Shown here piece by piece: positions 12,513 to 23,372 of a stretch of DNA of 64,000 bases; the first letter of the stretch is position 1; each line of letters opens with the position of its first letter. Source of the DNA: Azolla caroliniana (lineage: Eukaryota; Plantae; Polypodiophyta); assembly GCA_043228905.1 (NCBI GenBank), contig JBHGNT010000013.1:14322001-14386000 (forward strand), given 5' to 3'. The notes under the pieces are model-generated. The model was given only the letters and a program-made list of their open reading frames with translations, searched no databases and had not been told where the DNA came from. The position numbers and the translations under genes were made by a program.

Positions 12513-15500
12513 TGTTGGAGACAAAGTCATCAGTGCGGAAGATTAAGGAGCATTCGAGTGCTGCTGAATACCTGCGTATGACTGTTTCTATGTCGTTGCA
12601 CAGAGAGAGAGTGAGAGAGAGAGAGAGGGACACAAAAGAGTTTCTTATTCCACAAAGTAATAATACAACATCCAACCTTACAAAAAGGTTACAAGGTCAC
12701 TATATATAGTGACCGACTTAGGGCAACTACCCTTTATGCTAATTACATAAATGGCCAAAACGGGATAGTGTGAATACGTCCATTATACACATGTATTCGA
12801 CACTCCCCCGTAATGGGCGTATACATGGGTTATCTAAGATTACAGGTATAGACTTAGGTTCTCGGACATATCAGCTTTGTTCGAGTCGGCAGGGTCCGAA
12901 GGCAGAAGACCGAACTGGTCGGGTCGGAACAGTTGAAGCCGATCATTAAGGAACTGATGTCGGTTGTCGGAAACCATCCTGCGCTGTGTCCGGCTCTAAC
13001 CGGACTGGTTTGTCGTTACGCCCATCTGATGCCGAAGAGACCGAAAGCGGTCTGCCAAGAGACACTTGGTCATTCCATCTGCGACATTGTCGGTTGTGGA
13101 TATTTTCTCTAGACCGATTTTCCCTGAGATGACGCAGTCCCGAACGAAGTGATATCGAACGTCGATATGTTTGGAGGCGTTGTGGTGAACCGGATTTTTT
13201 GACAAGGCAACAGCACCTTGACTGTCGCTGTAGACAACTGGGGCCGAGTCATGGTCGACTTGTCGAAACGTGTGCGCCAGCCGACCGAGCCACAAAGCTT
13301 CTTTTGCTGCGTCGGACGCAGCTACATATTCTGCTTCGGTCGTTGAGGTCGCTGTGCACTCCTGAAGTTTCGACTTCCACGAGATTGCTCCATTGCCGAA
13401 TTTGAAGCAGTATCCGGTTGTTGATTTCCGACTGTCTATACAGCCGGCGAAGTCCGAGTCGGTGTAACCGACTACGCCTGAGGTTCGGTTCGGACCGAAA
13501 AGAATGCCGTGGTCTTTTGTGCCAGCCAGATATCTGAACACATGCTTGACTGCGTTCCAATGCGATCGGCCAGGATTGTGCATAAATCTGCTAACGACTC
13601 CTACGGCGTGAGAAATATCAGGCCGTGTCGCGACCATCAGGTACATAAGGGAGCCGACTGCCGGTGCATACGGTACCGACTTCATATCTTCCCCCTCCGG
13701 ACCGGATGTCGGGCAGTCTCGCTGAGAGAGCCGAAGATTCATAGGGAGCGGGGTTGAAGCAGATTTGGCTGATTGCATGTTGAAGCGTTCTAAGACACGT
13801 CCGATATAGTCGGTCTGAGACAAAAAAAGATGTCGTTTATCGCGATGCCGACTAATTTTCATGCCAAGGATGTGTCGTGCCGGACCGAGGTCCTTCATGG
13901 CAAACTTCAACCGCAGTTGCCGAATGAGATCGGCAAGTTCGCCCGCGTGGCGTCCAGAAATTAGCATGTAGTCCACGTAAATGATGAGGAAGATGGGTGA
14001 TCCATCTTGAGCTGTGTTGGTAAAGAGACAATGGTCCTCATCGCTTTTTGAGAAGCCGATCGATTGGATGAAGTCGTCGAACTTCTTGTACCATTGTCGT
14101 GGTGCCTGTTTGAGGCCGTATAGACTCTTCCTGAGTCGGCAGACTAGATGTTCTTGGCCGGTTGCCACGAAGCCTTTTGGCTGCTCCATATAAATTTCCT
14201 CGTCAAGATCACCATGGAGGAATGCTGTTTTGACATCTAGCTGAATCAGCTCCAAGTTGTCGGCTGCCACTACGCCGAGTAGAAAACGAAGGGTTGTCAT
14301 TTTCACCACTGGTGAAAAAATCTCGTCGAAGTCGACGCCATATTCTTGTCGGAAGCCCTTCGCAACTAATCTGGCCTTGTACTTTGGGGTGGTCGAATCA
14401 GACGTCTCTTTTAGTCGATAAACCCACTTGCAAGGAAGAGCACGTCGGTTCCTAGGTAATTCGACCAGATCCCAAGTCTTGTTTGCCCGAATGGAGTGCA
14501 TTTCCGACTCCATCGCCAGATGCCAGGTGGCGGAATCGACAGATGTCGATGCTTCTTCGTAAGACGTCGGTTCGCCGGCGTCGGTGAAGAAAATTCCAGG
14601 AGAATACCTCTCCGGAGGTTGCGACAGTCTCTCGGATCGGCGAGGTAAGATTGGACTGGTCGCATCGGGTATCAAGGCCGGATGGTCCGAAAGCGGATTG
14701 TTCTGCTGTGCCGAGTCGGGGTTGTCCGAGTCGGTAGTGTAAGGTTCAGCTACCCGTGAAGCTGACCGTGTGTTGAGAGCAGGGCCTTCTTGAAGGGTCG
14801 GCACATCGGAAAATGTTACCCTTCGGACTTCGATCGGTTTTTCGACTGATGGATTCATAGCCGACTCGTTGAACACAACGTCCGAACTTCGAACGATTTG
14901 TCTGCGTTCGGGGTCCCAGAGTCGGTATCCCATTTCGCCGTCGGATCCATATCCGAGGAAAATGCATTTCCTGGACCGAGGTGCAAGTTTTCGGCGATCA
15001 TCTTTCGGAATGAGGGCGTACGCCTCGCATCCGAAGATCCTCAGCTTGTCGTAATTCGGCTTACTGCCGATCCATAGTTCCTGAGGAATTTGAAGTCCTA
15101 GAGGTCTACTTGGCGACATATTGATTATGTGTACTGCCGTGAGTAGAGCCTCTGCCCAGAAGCCATCCGACAGTCCGGAGTGTTGGAGCATGGAAACTGT
15201 CCGTTCTTGGATTGTCCGATTCATTCGTTCTGCAATCCCGTTTTGCTCCGGACTGTGTGGTGCCGTAAGTTCACGTCGGATGCCGCGTTGTCGGCAGAAT
15301 TTGACGAATTCTTCGGATTTAAACTCTCCCCCGTTGTCGGTTCGAAAGCATTTCAGCTTTCGGTCGGTTTGATTTTCCACCATAGCGAGCCAATCGGTGA
15401 AGATCGAGAAGACACGATCTTTGGTGCGAATTGGATAAGCCCACACCTTTCGAGTCGAATCGTCAATAAAACTGACGAAGTAAGAGGCACCGCCAAGAGA

Positions 15501-16021
15501 CTGATGCGGCATTGGGCCACAGACGTCCGAGTGGACCAAATCGAGAGGTCTCGTTTCTCTTGGTGCTGATGTCGGGTGTGATGCGGCTGCTTGTTTGCCA
15601 TACTGGCAATGCTCGCAGAATTGATGGTCGGAGAAGGAGAGTTTAGGGATGTATCCGGCTCTAGATAGGTGCGTGATGCCGGCCTTGCTGAGGTGTCCTA
15701 ATCTTCTGTGCCATAGTGATGACACAGGAATATCCACCAAAAACAGGTTACCCTCTCTGAGCGTAACATGTAACGGATACAGTGAGTGTATCTTGGGTCC
15801 TCTAGCAAGCAGGAGGTTCCCCCTGTGGAGTGTCCACCCTCCCGAAGAAAAACCGGCACGAATGCCGTCTTCATCTAGTTGTCCGACTGAGATCAATGGC
15901 CTTGAGAGCTCGGGTACATGTCGGACATTGTGGAGTACAAGTGTAGAGCCACCTGCAAGGTTGAGCTCTACTGTGCCGATTCCAATGATGTCACAGTGTT
16001 GCGAGTTGCCGACCCGAACTA
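12513..16021 (-). mobile_element. Ty1/Copia element, left arm (3' LTR 12513-12802, pol; 5' end lost in the gap)
   Basis: LTR with TG..CA ends, PPT (minus strand attacgggggag) and a 966-aa ORF. Confidence 0.95.
12996..15896 (-). CDS. Copia pol polyprotein (GAG-pre-integrase, integrase, RT, RNase H), 5'-incomplete
   Basis: WHRRLGH..CEHC, HSDVCGP, RTDNGGEF, QNGIAER, YKARLVAKG, LYGLKQA, YVDY (instead of YVDD), YTDSD, KHIDVRYH. Confidence 0.9.
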   Translation of the reverse strand: MISVGQLDEDGIRAGFSSGGWTLHRGNLLLARGPKIHSLYPLHVTLREGNLFLVDIPVSSLWHRRLGHLSKAGITHLSRAGYIPKLSFSDHQFCEHCQYGKQAAASHPTSAPRETRPLDLVHSDVCGPMPHQSLGGASYFVSFIDDSTRKVWAYPIRTKDRVFSIFTDWLAMVENQTDRKLKCFRTDNGGEFKSEEFVKFCRQRGIRRELTAPHSPEQNGIAERMNRTIQERTVSMLQHSGLSDGFWAEALLTAVHIINMSPSRPLGLQIPQELWIGSKPNYDKLRIFGCEAYALIPKDDRRKLAPRSRKCIFLGYGSDGEMGYRLWDPERRQIVRSSDVVFNESAMNPSVEKPIEVRRVTFSDVPTLQEGPALNTRSASRVAEPYTTDSDNPDSAQQNNPLSDHPALIPDATSPILPRRSERLSQPPERYSPGIFFTDAGEPTSYEEASTSVDSATWHLAMESEMHSIRANKTWDLVELPRNRRALPCKWVYRLKETSDSTTPKYKARLVAKGFRQEYGVDFDEIFSPVVKMTTLRFLLGVVAADNLELIQLDVKTAFLHGDLDEEIYMEQPKGFVATGQEHLVCRLRKSLYGLKQAPRQWYKKFDDFIQSIGFSKSDEDHCLFTNTAQDGSPIFLIIYVDYMLISGRHAGELADLIRQLRLKFAMKDLGPARHILGMKISRHRDKRHLFLSQTDYIGRVLERFNMQSAKSASTPLPMNLRLSQRDCPTSGPEGEDMKSVPYAPAVGSLMYLMVATRPDISHAVGVVSRFMHNPGRSHWNAVKHVFRYLAGTKDHGILFGPNRTSGVVGYTDSDFAGCIDSRKSTTGYCFKFGNGAISWKSKLQECTATSTTEAEYVAASDAAKEALWLGRLAHTFRQVDHDSAPVVYSDSQGAVALSKNPVHHNASKHIDVRYHFVRDCVISGKIGLEKISTTDNVADGMTKCLLADRFRSLRHQMGVTTNQSG

Positions 16022-16121
16022 NNNNNNNNNNNNNNNNNNNNNNNNNNNNNNNNNNNNNNNNNNNNNNNNNNNNNNNNNNNNNNNNNNNNNNNNNNNNNNN
16101 NNNNNNNNNNNNNNNNNNNNN
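16022..16121. other. Assembly gap (100 N)
   Basis: Run of exactly 100 N, a typical fixed-size scaffolding gap. Confidence 0.99.
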
Positions 16122-19100
16122 ACTCAGTTCGGGTCGGCAACTCGCAACACTGTGACATCATTGGAATCGGCACAGTAGAGCTCAACCTTGCAGGTGGCTC
16201 TACACTTGTACTCCACAATGTCCGACATGTACCCGAGCTCTCAAGGCCATTGATCTCAGTCGGACAACTAGATGAAGACGGCATTCGTGCCGGTTTTTCT
16301 TCGGGAGGGTGGACACTCCACAGGGGGAACCTCCTGCTTGCTAGAGGACCCAAGATACACTCACTGTATCCGTTACATGTTACGCTCAGAGAGGGTAACC
16401 TGTTTTTGGTGGATATTCCTGTGTCATCACTATGGCACAGAAGATTAGGACACCTCAGCAAGGCCGGCATCACGCACCTATCTAGAGCCGGATACATCCC
16501 TAAACTCTCCTTCTCCGACCATCAATTCTGCGAGCATTGCGAGTATGGCAAACAAGCAGCCGCATCACACCCGACATCAGCACCAAGAGAAACGAGACCT
16601 CTCGATTTGGTCCACTCGGACGTCTGTGGCCCAATGCCGCATCAGTCTCTTGGCGGTGCCTCTTACTTCGTCAGTTTTATTGACGATTCGACTCGAAAGG
16701 TGTGGGCTTATCCAATTCGCACCAAAGATCGTGTCTTCTCGATCTTCACCGATTGGCTCGCTATGGTGGAAAATCAAACCGACCGAAAGCTGAAATGCTT
16801 TCGAACCGACAACGGGGGAGAGTTTAAATCCGAAGAATTCGTCAAATTCTGCCGACAACGCGGCATCCGACGTGAACTTACGGCACCACACAGTCCGGAG
16901 CAAAACGGGATTGCAGAACGAATGAATCGGACAATCCAAGAACGGACAGTTTCCATGCTCCAACACTCCGGACTGTCGGATGGCTTCTGGGCAGAGGCTC
17001 TACTCACGGCAGTACACATAATCAATATGTCGCCAAGTAGACCTCTAGGACTTCAAATTCCTCAGGAACTATGGATTGGCAGTAAGCCGAATTACGACAA
17101 GCTGAGGATCTTCGGATGCGAGGCGTACGCCCTCATTCCGAAAGATGATCGCCGAAAACTTGCACCTCGGTCCAGGAAATGCATTTTCCTCGGATATGGA
17201 TCCGACGGCGAAATGGGATACCGACTCTGGGACCCCGAACGCAGACAAATCGTTCGAAGTTCGGACGTTGTGTTCAACGAGTCGGCTATGAATCCATCAG
17301 TCAAAAAACCGATCGAAGTCCGAAGGGTAACATTTTCCGATGTGTCGACCCTTCAAGAAGGCCCTGCTCTCAACACACGGTCAGCTTCACGGGTAGCTGA
17401 ACCTTACACTACCGACTCGGACAACCCCGACTCGGCACAGCAGAACAATCCGCTTTCGGACCATCCGGCCTTGATACCCGATGCGACCAGTCCAATCTTA
17501 CCTCGCCGATCCGAGAGACTGTCGCAACCTCCGGAGAGGTATTCTCCTGGAATTTTCTTCACCGACGCCGGCGAACCGACGTCTTACGAAGAAGCATCGA
17601 CATCTGTCGATTCCGCCACCTGGCATCTGGCGATGGAGTCGGAAATGCACTCCATTCGGGCAAACAAGACTTGGGATCTGGTCGAATTACCTAGGAACCG
17701 ACGTGCTCTTCCTTGCAAGTGGGTTTATCGACTAAAAGAGACGTCTGATTCGACCACCCCAAAGTACAAGGCCAGATTAGTTGCGAAGGGCTTCCGACAA
17801 GAATATGGCGTCGACTTCGACGAGATTTTTTCACCAGTGGTGAAAATGACAACCCTTCGTTTTCTACTCGGCGTAGTGGCAGCCGACAACTTGGAGCTGA
17901 TTCAGCTAGATGTCAAAACAGCATTCCTCCATGGTGATCTTGACGAGGAAATTTATATGGAGCAGCCAAAAGGCTTCGTGGCAACCGGCCAAGAACATCT
18001 AGTCTGCCGACTCAGGAAGAGTCTATACGGCCTCAAACAGGCACCACGACAATGGTACAAGAAGTTCGACGACTTCATCCAATCGATCGGCTTCTCAAAA
18101 AGCGATGAGGACCATTGTCTCTTTACCAACACAGCTCAAGATGGATCACCCATCTTCCTCATCATTTACGTGGACTACATGCTAATTTCTGGACGCCACG
18201 CGGGCGAACTTGCCGATCTCATTCGGCAACTGCGGTTGAAGTTTGCCATGAAGGACCTCGGTCCGGCACGACACATCCTTGGCATGAAAATTAGTCGGCA
18301 TCGCGATAAACGACATCTTTTTTTGTCTCAGACCGACTATATCGGACGTGTCTTAGAACGCTTCAACATGCAATCAGCCAAATCTGCTTCAACCCCGCTC
18401 CCTATGAATCTTCGGCTCTCTCAGCGAGACTGCCCGACATCCGGTCCGGAGGGGGAAGATATGAAGTCGGTACCGTATGCACCGGCAGTCGGCTCCCTTA
18501 TGTACCTGATGGTCGCGACACGGCCTGATATTTCTCACGCCGTAGGAGTCGTTAGCAGATTTATGCACAATCCTGGCCGATCGCATTGGAACGCAGTCAA
18601 GCATGTGTTCAGATATCTGGCTGGCACAAAAGACCACGGCATTCTTTTCGGTCCGAACCGAACCTCAGGCGTAGTCGGTTACACCGACTCGGACTTCGCC
18701 GGCTGTATAGACAGTCGGAAATCAACAACCGGATACTGCTTCAAATTCGGCAATGGAGCAATCTCGTGGAAGTCGAAACTTCAGGAGTGCACAGCGACCT
18801 CAACGACCGAAGCAGAATATGTAGCTGCGTCCGACGCAGCAAAAGAAGCTTTGTGGCTCGGTCGGCTGGCGCACACGTTTCGACAAGTCGACCATGACTC
18901 GGCCCCAGTTGTCTACAGCGACAGTCAAGGTGCTGTTGCCTTGTCAAAAAATCCGGTTCACCACAACGCCTCCAAACATATCGACGTTCGATATCACTTC
19001 GTTCGGGACTGCGTCATCTCAGGGAAAATCGGTCTAGAGAAAATATCCACAACCGACAATGTCGCAGATGGAATGACCAAGTGTCTCTCGGCAGACCGCT

Positions 19101-19634
19101 TTCGGTCTCTTCGGCATCAGATGGGCGTAACGACAAACCAGTCCGGTTAGAGCCGGACACAGCGCAGGATGGTTTCCGACAACCGACATCAGTTCCTTAA
19201 TGATCGGCTTCAACTGTTCCGACCCGACCAGTTCGGTCTTCTGCCTTCGGACCCTGCCGACTCGAACAAAGCTGATATGTCCGAGAACCTAAGTCTATAC
19301 CTGTAATCTTAGATAACCCATGTATACGCCCATTACGGGGGAGTGTCGAATACATGTGTATAATGGACGTATTCACACTATCCCGTTTTGGCCATTTATG
19401 TAATTAGCATAAAGGGTAGTTGCCCTAAGTCGGTCACTATATATAGTGACCTTGTAACCTTTTTGTAAGGTTGGATGTTGTATTATTACTTTGTGGAATA
19501 AGAAACCTCTTTTGTGTCCCTCTCTCTCTCTCTCACTCTCTCTCTGTGCAACGACATAGAAACAGTCATACGCAGGTATTCAGCAGCACTCGAATGCTCC
19601 TTGATCTTCCGCACTGACGACTTTGTCTCCAACA
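16122..19634 (+). mobile_element. Ty1/Copia element, right arm (pol, PPT, 3' LTR 19344-19634)
   Basis: Reverse-complement near-copy of 12513-16021 with a handful of SNPs and a 1-bp LTR indel. Confidence 0.95.
16250..19150 (+). CDS. Copia pol polyprotein, 5'-incomplete
   Basis: Same motifs as the left arm. Differs at CEY/CQY, VKK/VEK, DVS/DVP and CLS/CLL. Also has YVDY. Confidence 0.9.
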   Translation: MISVGQLDEDGIRAGFSSGGWTLHRGNLLLARGPKIHSLYPLHVTLREGNLFLVDIPVSSLWHRRLGHLSKAGITHLSRAGYIPKLSFSDHQFCEHCEYGKQAAASHPTSAPRETRPLDLVHSDVCGPMPHQSLGGASYFVSFIDDSTRKVWAYPIRTKDRVFSIFTDWLAMVENQTDRKLKCFRTDNGGEFKSEEFVKFCRQRGIRRELTAPHSPEQNGIAERMNRTIQERTVSMLQHSGLSDGFWAEALLTAVHIINMSPSRPLGLQIPQELWIGSKPNYDKLRIFGCEAYALIPKDDRRKLAPRSRKCIFLGYGSDGEMGYRLWDPERRQIVRSSDVVFNESAMNPSVKKPIEVRRVTFSDVSTLQEGPALNTRSASRVAEPYTTDSDNPDSAQQNNPLSDHPALIPDATSPILPRRSERLSQPPERYSPGIFFTDAGEPTSYEEASTSVDSATWHLAMESEMHSIRANKTWDLVELPRNRRALPCKWVYRLKETSDSTTPKYKARLVAKGFRQEYGVDFDEIFSPVVKMTTLRFLLGVVAADNLELIQLDVKTAFLHGDLDEEIYMEQPKGFVATGQEHLVCRLRKSLYGLKQAPRQWYKKFDDFIQSIGFSKSDEDHCLFTNTAQDGSPIFLIIYVDYMLISGRHAGELADLIRQLRLKFAMKDLGPARHILGMKISRHRDKRHLFLSQTDYIGRVLERFNMQSAKSASTPLPMNLRLSQRDCPTSGPEGEDMKSVPYAPAVGSLMYLMVATRPDISHAVGVVSRFMHNPGRSHWNAVKHVFRYLAGTKDHGILFGPNRTSGVVGYTDSDFAGCIDSRKSTTGYCFKFGNGAISWKSKLQECTATSTTEAEYVAASDAAKEALWLGRLAHTFRQVDHDSAPVVYSDSQGAVALSKNPVHHNASKHIDVRYHFVRDCVISGKIGLEKISTTDNVADGMTKCLSADRFRSLRHQMGVTTNQSG

Positions 19635-20798
19635 CACCCAGGTTAAATGCGAACTCTGGGGTATCGTTTCAGCGGTCAAGGCCGACAATGACTGCCTGTT
19701 CGGGACAAAGGTAATAATAGAGACGAATTGCCCACCAATTCTCAGTATGGTTTCCAAATGCGCGACACCGGACTTGGCAATGCTCAAGTGGATAGCGAAA
19801 GCTATCAGATGCATTCCATAGTCCGACATCAAGACAAGCTACACCCGATTTACCCGCCGACCGTCCACTTCAAGTGGATGGTGGATCTGGTGACGATGCG
19901 ATACCTGGTGCTAGCACGAGAGGACCTGGCGAACCAGGTGGAGGGCCGAGCATTACCAAACAAGACGATCATGATCATGTGTCGGTTCCTAATCGAAGAC
20001 ATGGTATGTCGGTATGGGTGTGTAGGGAAGATCGTAGCAGACCGTGGAGAACTGGATGCACAAGAGGCCGAAGAGGTATTTGAACGGTTAGGGATTAAAC
20101 TCTTGCTCACCACGGCATACAATCCAGAGGCAAATGGGAAGGTGGAACGCGGACACGGGCCAATCGTAAAGGTGTTGGTACGGGCATGCGGAGGCCAAGT
20201 CGGGAATTGGCCGCGACTTCTACCTTACGCGTTCTGGGCAGACCGAACTACGCACAGTTCGGTAACCGGGTTCATGCCGGCGGAGCTGATGTACAGGCAG
20301 AAGCCAATCATGCGGATGGAACGAACGATCTCCTCATGGGCCGCGGTGGATTGGAGAAACGAGATGAGCCGAGAGGAGCTGTTAGCGGCACGAATCCGAC
20401 AGCTCGAATGAAGACCGGAGGACGTAGAACGAGCAACGGCGAAGCTACGTGCGGCAAGGACCAAGAACAAGGGGCGATTCAACCGAACTCACCGACTACG
20501 ACCAAAGAAAATCGAGGAAGGAAACTAGGTTCTAGTCTACGATAGCAGCCTTGACAACCAGCACAAGGCAATGCGGAAATTTGTGAGGAAGTGGTTCGGG
20601 CCTTACATGGTGGCAAGCGCCAACGACAACGGCACCTACCATCTCGCGGAGCTCGACGAAATGAGAATAGCTATGCCGGTGGTCGGGAAGAGGATCGAGG
20701 TGTTCAAGAAGTGGCACAAGGATGAACTAGACCCAGAGGACATGGATAGCGACAACGACCAATTCGGAGCGGATGGCGATCCAGAGAACGAAAGATAA
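19635..20798 (+). pseudogene. Gypsy A RNase H remnant and integrase
   Basis: WMVDLV..IVADRGE..AYNPEANGKVERGH core and WFGPY (GPY/F) domain. Contains stops; no chromodomain. Confidence 0.85.
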
Positions 20799-20871
20799 GC
20801 GCGGGTCGGTCTTCTCCGGCAAAAGTCTACTCTGGCGCATACCGATGGATGTGCGGTTAGGTGGGGCCGGA

Positions 20872-21450
20872 TGTCGTGGAGAAAACCGTCCCTAGGAGGA
20901 ATCGGTCAATAGTGTGCGTGAATCAGCCCTTACACGAGGGCACATGCTTCGATGTATTGTACATAGTTAGGTTCAAGTCAGCGAAGTGAATATCCTAGGT
21001 AGCACGTATTCATTAGGTAGAGAATAAAAGAGATGTAACAGTCTGTAACAGTTCTCTCTCCTTGGTCTATAAAAGGAGAGGAAAAGGGACTAAGTGGATA
21101 TCGCGTTGTCGAGGACTAAGTGCTGTCGGATTGGAACCGAGCTCTTCTCCACTGTCTTTCATCGTTCTCTATAGGTTTTGGGAGGCTGCCTCTGCTTTGT
21201 GGAAAGCCCGAGTGCTTCCGGCAGAGGCTCCATCTCTTGTTGTTGTGTCCGTTGTGTGAGTTGGTGTCAACGAGTTGGCACTTACCGGCTAGCCGGTTGT
21301 AATCTTGATTATATATATATATGCCTTATTCGTTGTTTATCTTGATTGTGAATTCTGTGTATCTGTGAGCACGGCTCGGCCATTGTTTCGCGGTTCAGGA
21401 CCCCCGCAGTCCCGCCTTGGCTTCACCTACGCGTGCAGAATAACACGACA
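20872..21450 (+). repeat. 3' LTR of Gypsy element A
   Basis: tgtcgtggagaaaacc...taacacgaca; homologous to 4015-4644. Confidence 0.9.
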
Positions 21451-21919
21451 ACTGGCAAACCCAATAGGTTTGAAGTTTGTAGCCTTAAACACTCGGCCAA
21501 ACCGACGACATTTTCGTAATATTAATCTCTTAACCTGGCACAAAGGGCACGTCGGCACGGATGACAACGTGGTTATTAATAGTAACCCCGACAAAAGGGG
21601 AGTCATCAGTGGCAAGGTTCGAACCTGCGTAGACGAACCTAACAGATTTCATGTTTGTCGCCTTAAGCACTCGGCCAAATCGACTAGTTTCCTGTAATCT
21701 TAATTTCTTAACATGTCACAAAGGGCGTGACGGCACCTACGAGAATGTGGTTATTTATAGTAACCCTGACAAAAAGGTAGTCATCAGCTGTAGTATTTGA
21801 TCGTGAGCTAGCGAACCCAACAGATTCTGAGTCTTCTTCTAAACCTCGCATAGAGGGCATGGTGGCACCTACGAGGATATGGTAACTTATTGGTAGTAAC
21901 CCAAAAACAAAAGGGTAGT

Positions 21920-22000
21920 CGTTGGTTGTAGGGTTCGAACCTACGCGGGCAAACCCAACAGATTTCAAGTCTGTCGCCTTAACCACTCGGCAAAACCAAC
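21920..22000 (-). tRNA. tRNA-Ser(UGA), near-intact copy
   Basis: Acceptor stem GTTGGTT/AACCAAC and T stem GTAGG/CCTAC fully Watson-Crick; TGA anticodon; B box GGTTCGAACCC; G73; TTTT terminator. Confidence 0.75.
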
Positions 22001-23291
22001 TAATTTTTTGCAATCTTATTTTCTTAACTTCGTTATTGATAGTAGCACTAACAAAAGGGGAGATCGGTTGTAGTGTTCGGTTGTGAGCTAGCGAACCCAA
22101 CAAATTTTGAGTCTGTCGTCTTAGCCACCCAAACAAAACGACTTTCGCCGGCTGCAAGGTTCGAACATGAGCAGGGGAAGCCATCAGTTTTGCAGTCTGT
22201 CACCTTAACCACTCGGCCAAGCCGATTGCTTTTTCTTAACGTCACAAACAAGGCATGGCGGCACCTAGGATGATGTGGTTATTAATAGTAACCCTGACAA
22301 AAGGAGACTCATCGGTTGTAGGTTTTGAACCTAACCAGGCGAACCAAACATATTTCAAGTATGTCGTCTTAACCAATTGACAAACTTGACCGCTTTTTTG
22401 CCTTGTTTTCTTAACATAGAACAAAGGGCAGGGTGGCACTTACGACGATGTGGTTATTCATGGTAACCCCGACAAAAGGGGAGTTTTCGGATGCAATATT
22501 CGAACATGCACAAGCGATCCCAACTAATTTTGAGTCGGTTGCCTTAACCACTCATCCAAGCCGACCGCTTTCTCGTAATCGTCTATTCTTCATCTAGCTC
22601 CTAGCGCACAGTGGAACTTGCGAGCTTGTGTTTATTGATAATAACGTCGGCTGTAGGGTTCGAATGTACGCAGGGCTAACCCAATTGATTTTGAATCTGT
22701 CACCTTAAGCACCTAGCCAAGACGAGCACTTTTTCGTAATCTTCTGTTCTTCACCTCGCATAAAGGGCATGACGACACTTGCGGCGTCATAAGTAACGAT
22801 AGTAACCCTGCCCTACAGGGTTTGAACTTGCACGGGCAAACCCAACACATTTGAAGTGTGTCGCCTTAAACAATAGGCCAACCCAATGACTTTTCTGTAA
22901 TATTAATTTCTTAAACTGGCACAGAGCACACGTCGGCACCTACGACGAGGTTATGGATAGTAAGCCCGACAAAAGGGCAGTCATCGGCAGCAAAATTCGA
23001 AAATGCGCGGATGGACCCATCAGATTTCAAGTCTATGGCCTTAACCACTCGTCCAAATCGACCAGTTTCCCACAATGATAATTTCTTAACATGTCACAAA
23101 GGGCGTGTCGATACCTACGACAATGTGGTTATTGATAGTAACCCTGATAAAAAGGCAGTCATCGGCTGTAGTGTTCGATCGTGAAATAGCGAACCCAACA
23201 GATTCTGAGTCTTTGCTTAAACCTGGCTTAGAGGGCATATTGGCACCTACGACGATGTGGTTATTGGTAGTAACCCAGACAAAAGGGTGGT

Positions 23292-23372
23292 CGTCGGCTG
23301 CAGGGTTCGAACCTACGTGGGTGAACCCAACAGATTTCAAGTCTGTCGCCTTAACCACTCGGCCAAACCGAC
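23292..23372 (-). tRNA. tRNA-Ser(UGA), best-preserved copy
   Basis: GTCGGTTTGGCCGAGTGGTTAAGGCGACAGACTTGAAATCTGTTGGGTTCACCCACGTAGGTTCGAACCCTGCAGCCGACG, followed by ACCACCCTTTT. Confidence 0.85.

Larger units (their letters stand above)
4015..21450 (+). mobile_element. Ty3/Gypsy (non-chromovirus) element A, degenerate, hosting nested insertions
   Basis: 5' LTR 4015-4644 (TG...CA) and related 3' LTR 20872-21450. PBS remnant 4649-4664; gag-like 4689-6013; RT fragment FLDD 12379-12512; RNase H/integrase 19635-20800; purine-rich tract before 20872. Flanks acgg/actg form a 4-bp TSD with one mismatch that splits a tRNA unit. Confidence 0.8.

Noticed and set aside
15649-16497. ORFs reading through the N run
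   Set aside because: They are antisense to Copia pol and are artefacts of the gap.
21780-21840. tRNA-Ser(CAG) suggesting a CTG-codon reassignment
   Set aside because: The unit lacks the D-arm and 5' half, and CAG is explained by CpG decay of the CGG variant. The host genes translate normally with the standard code.
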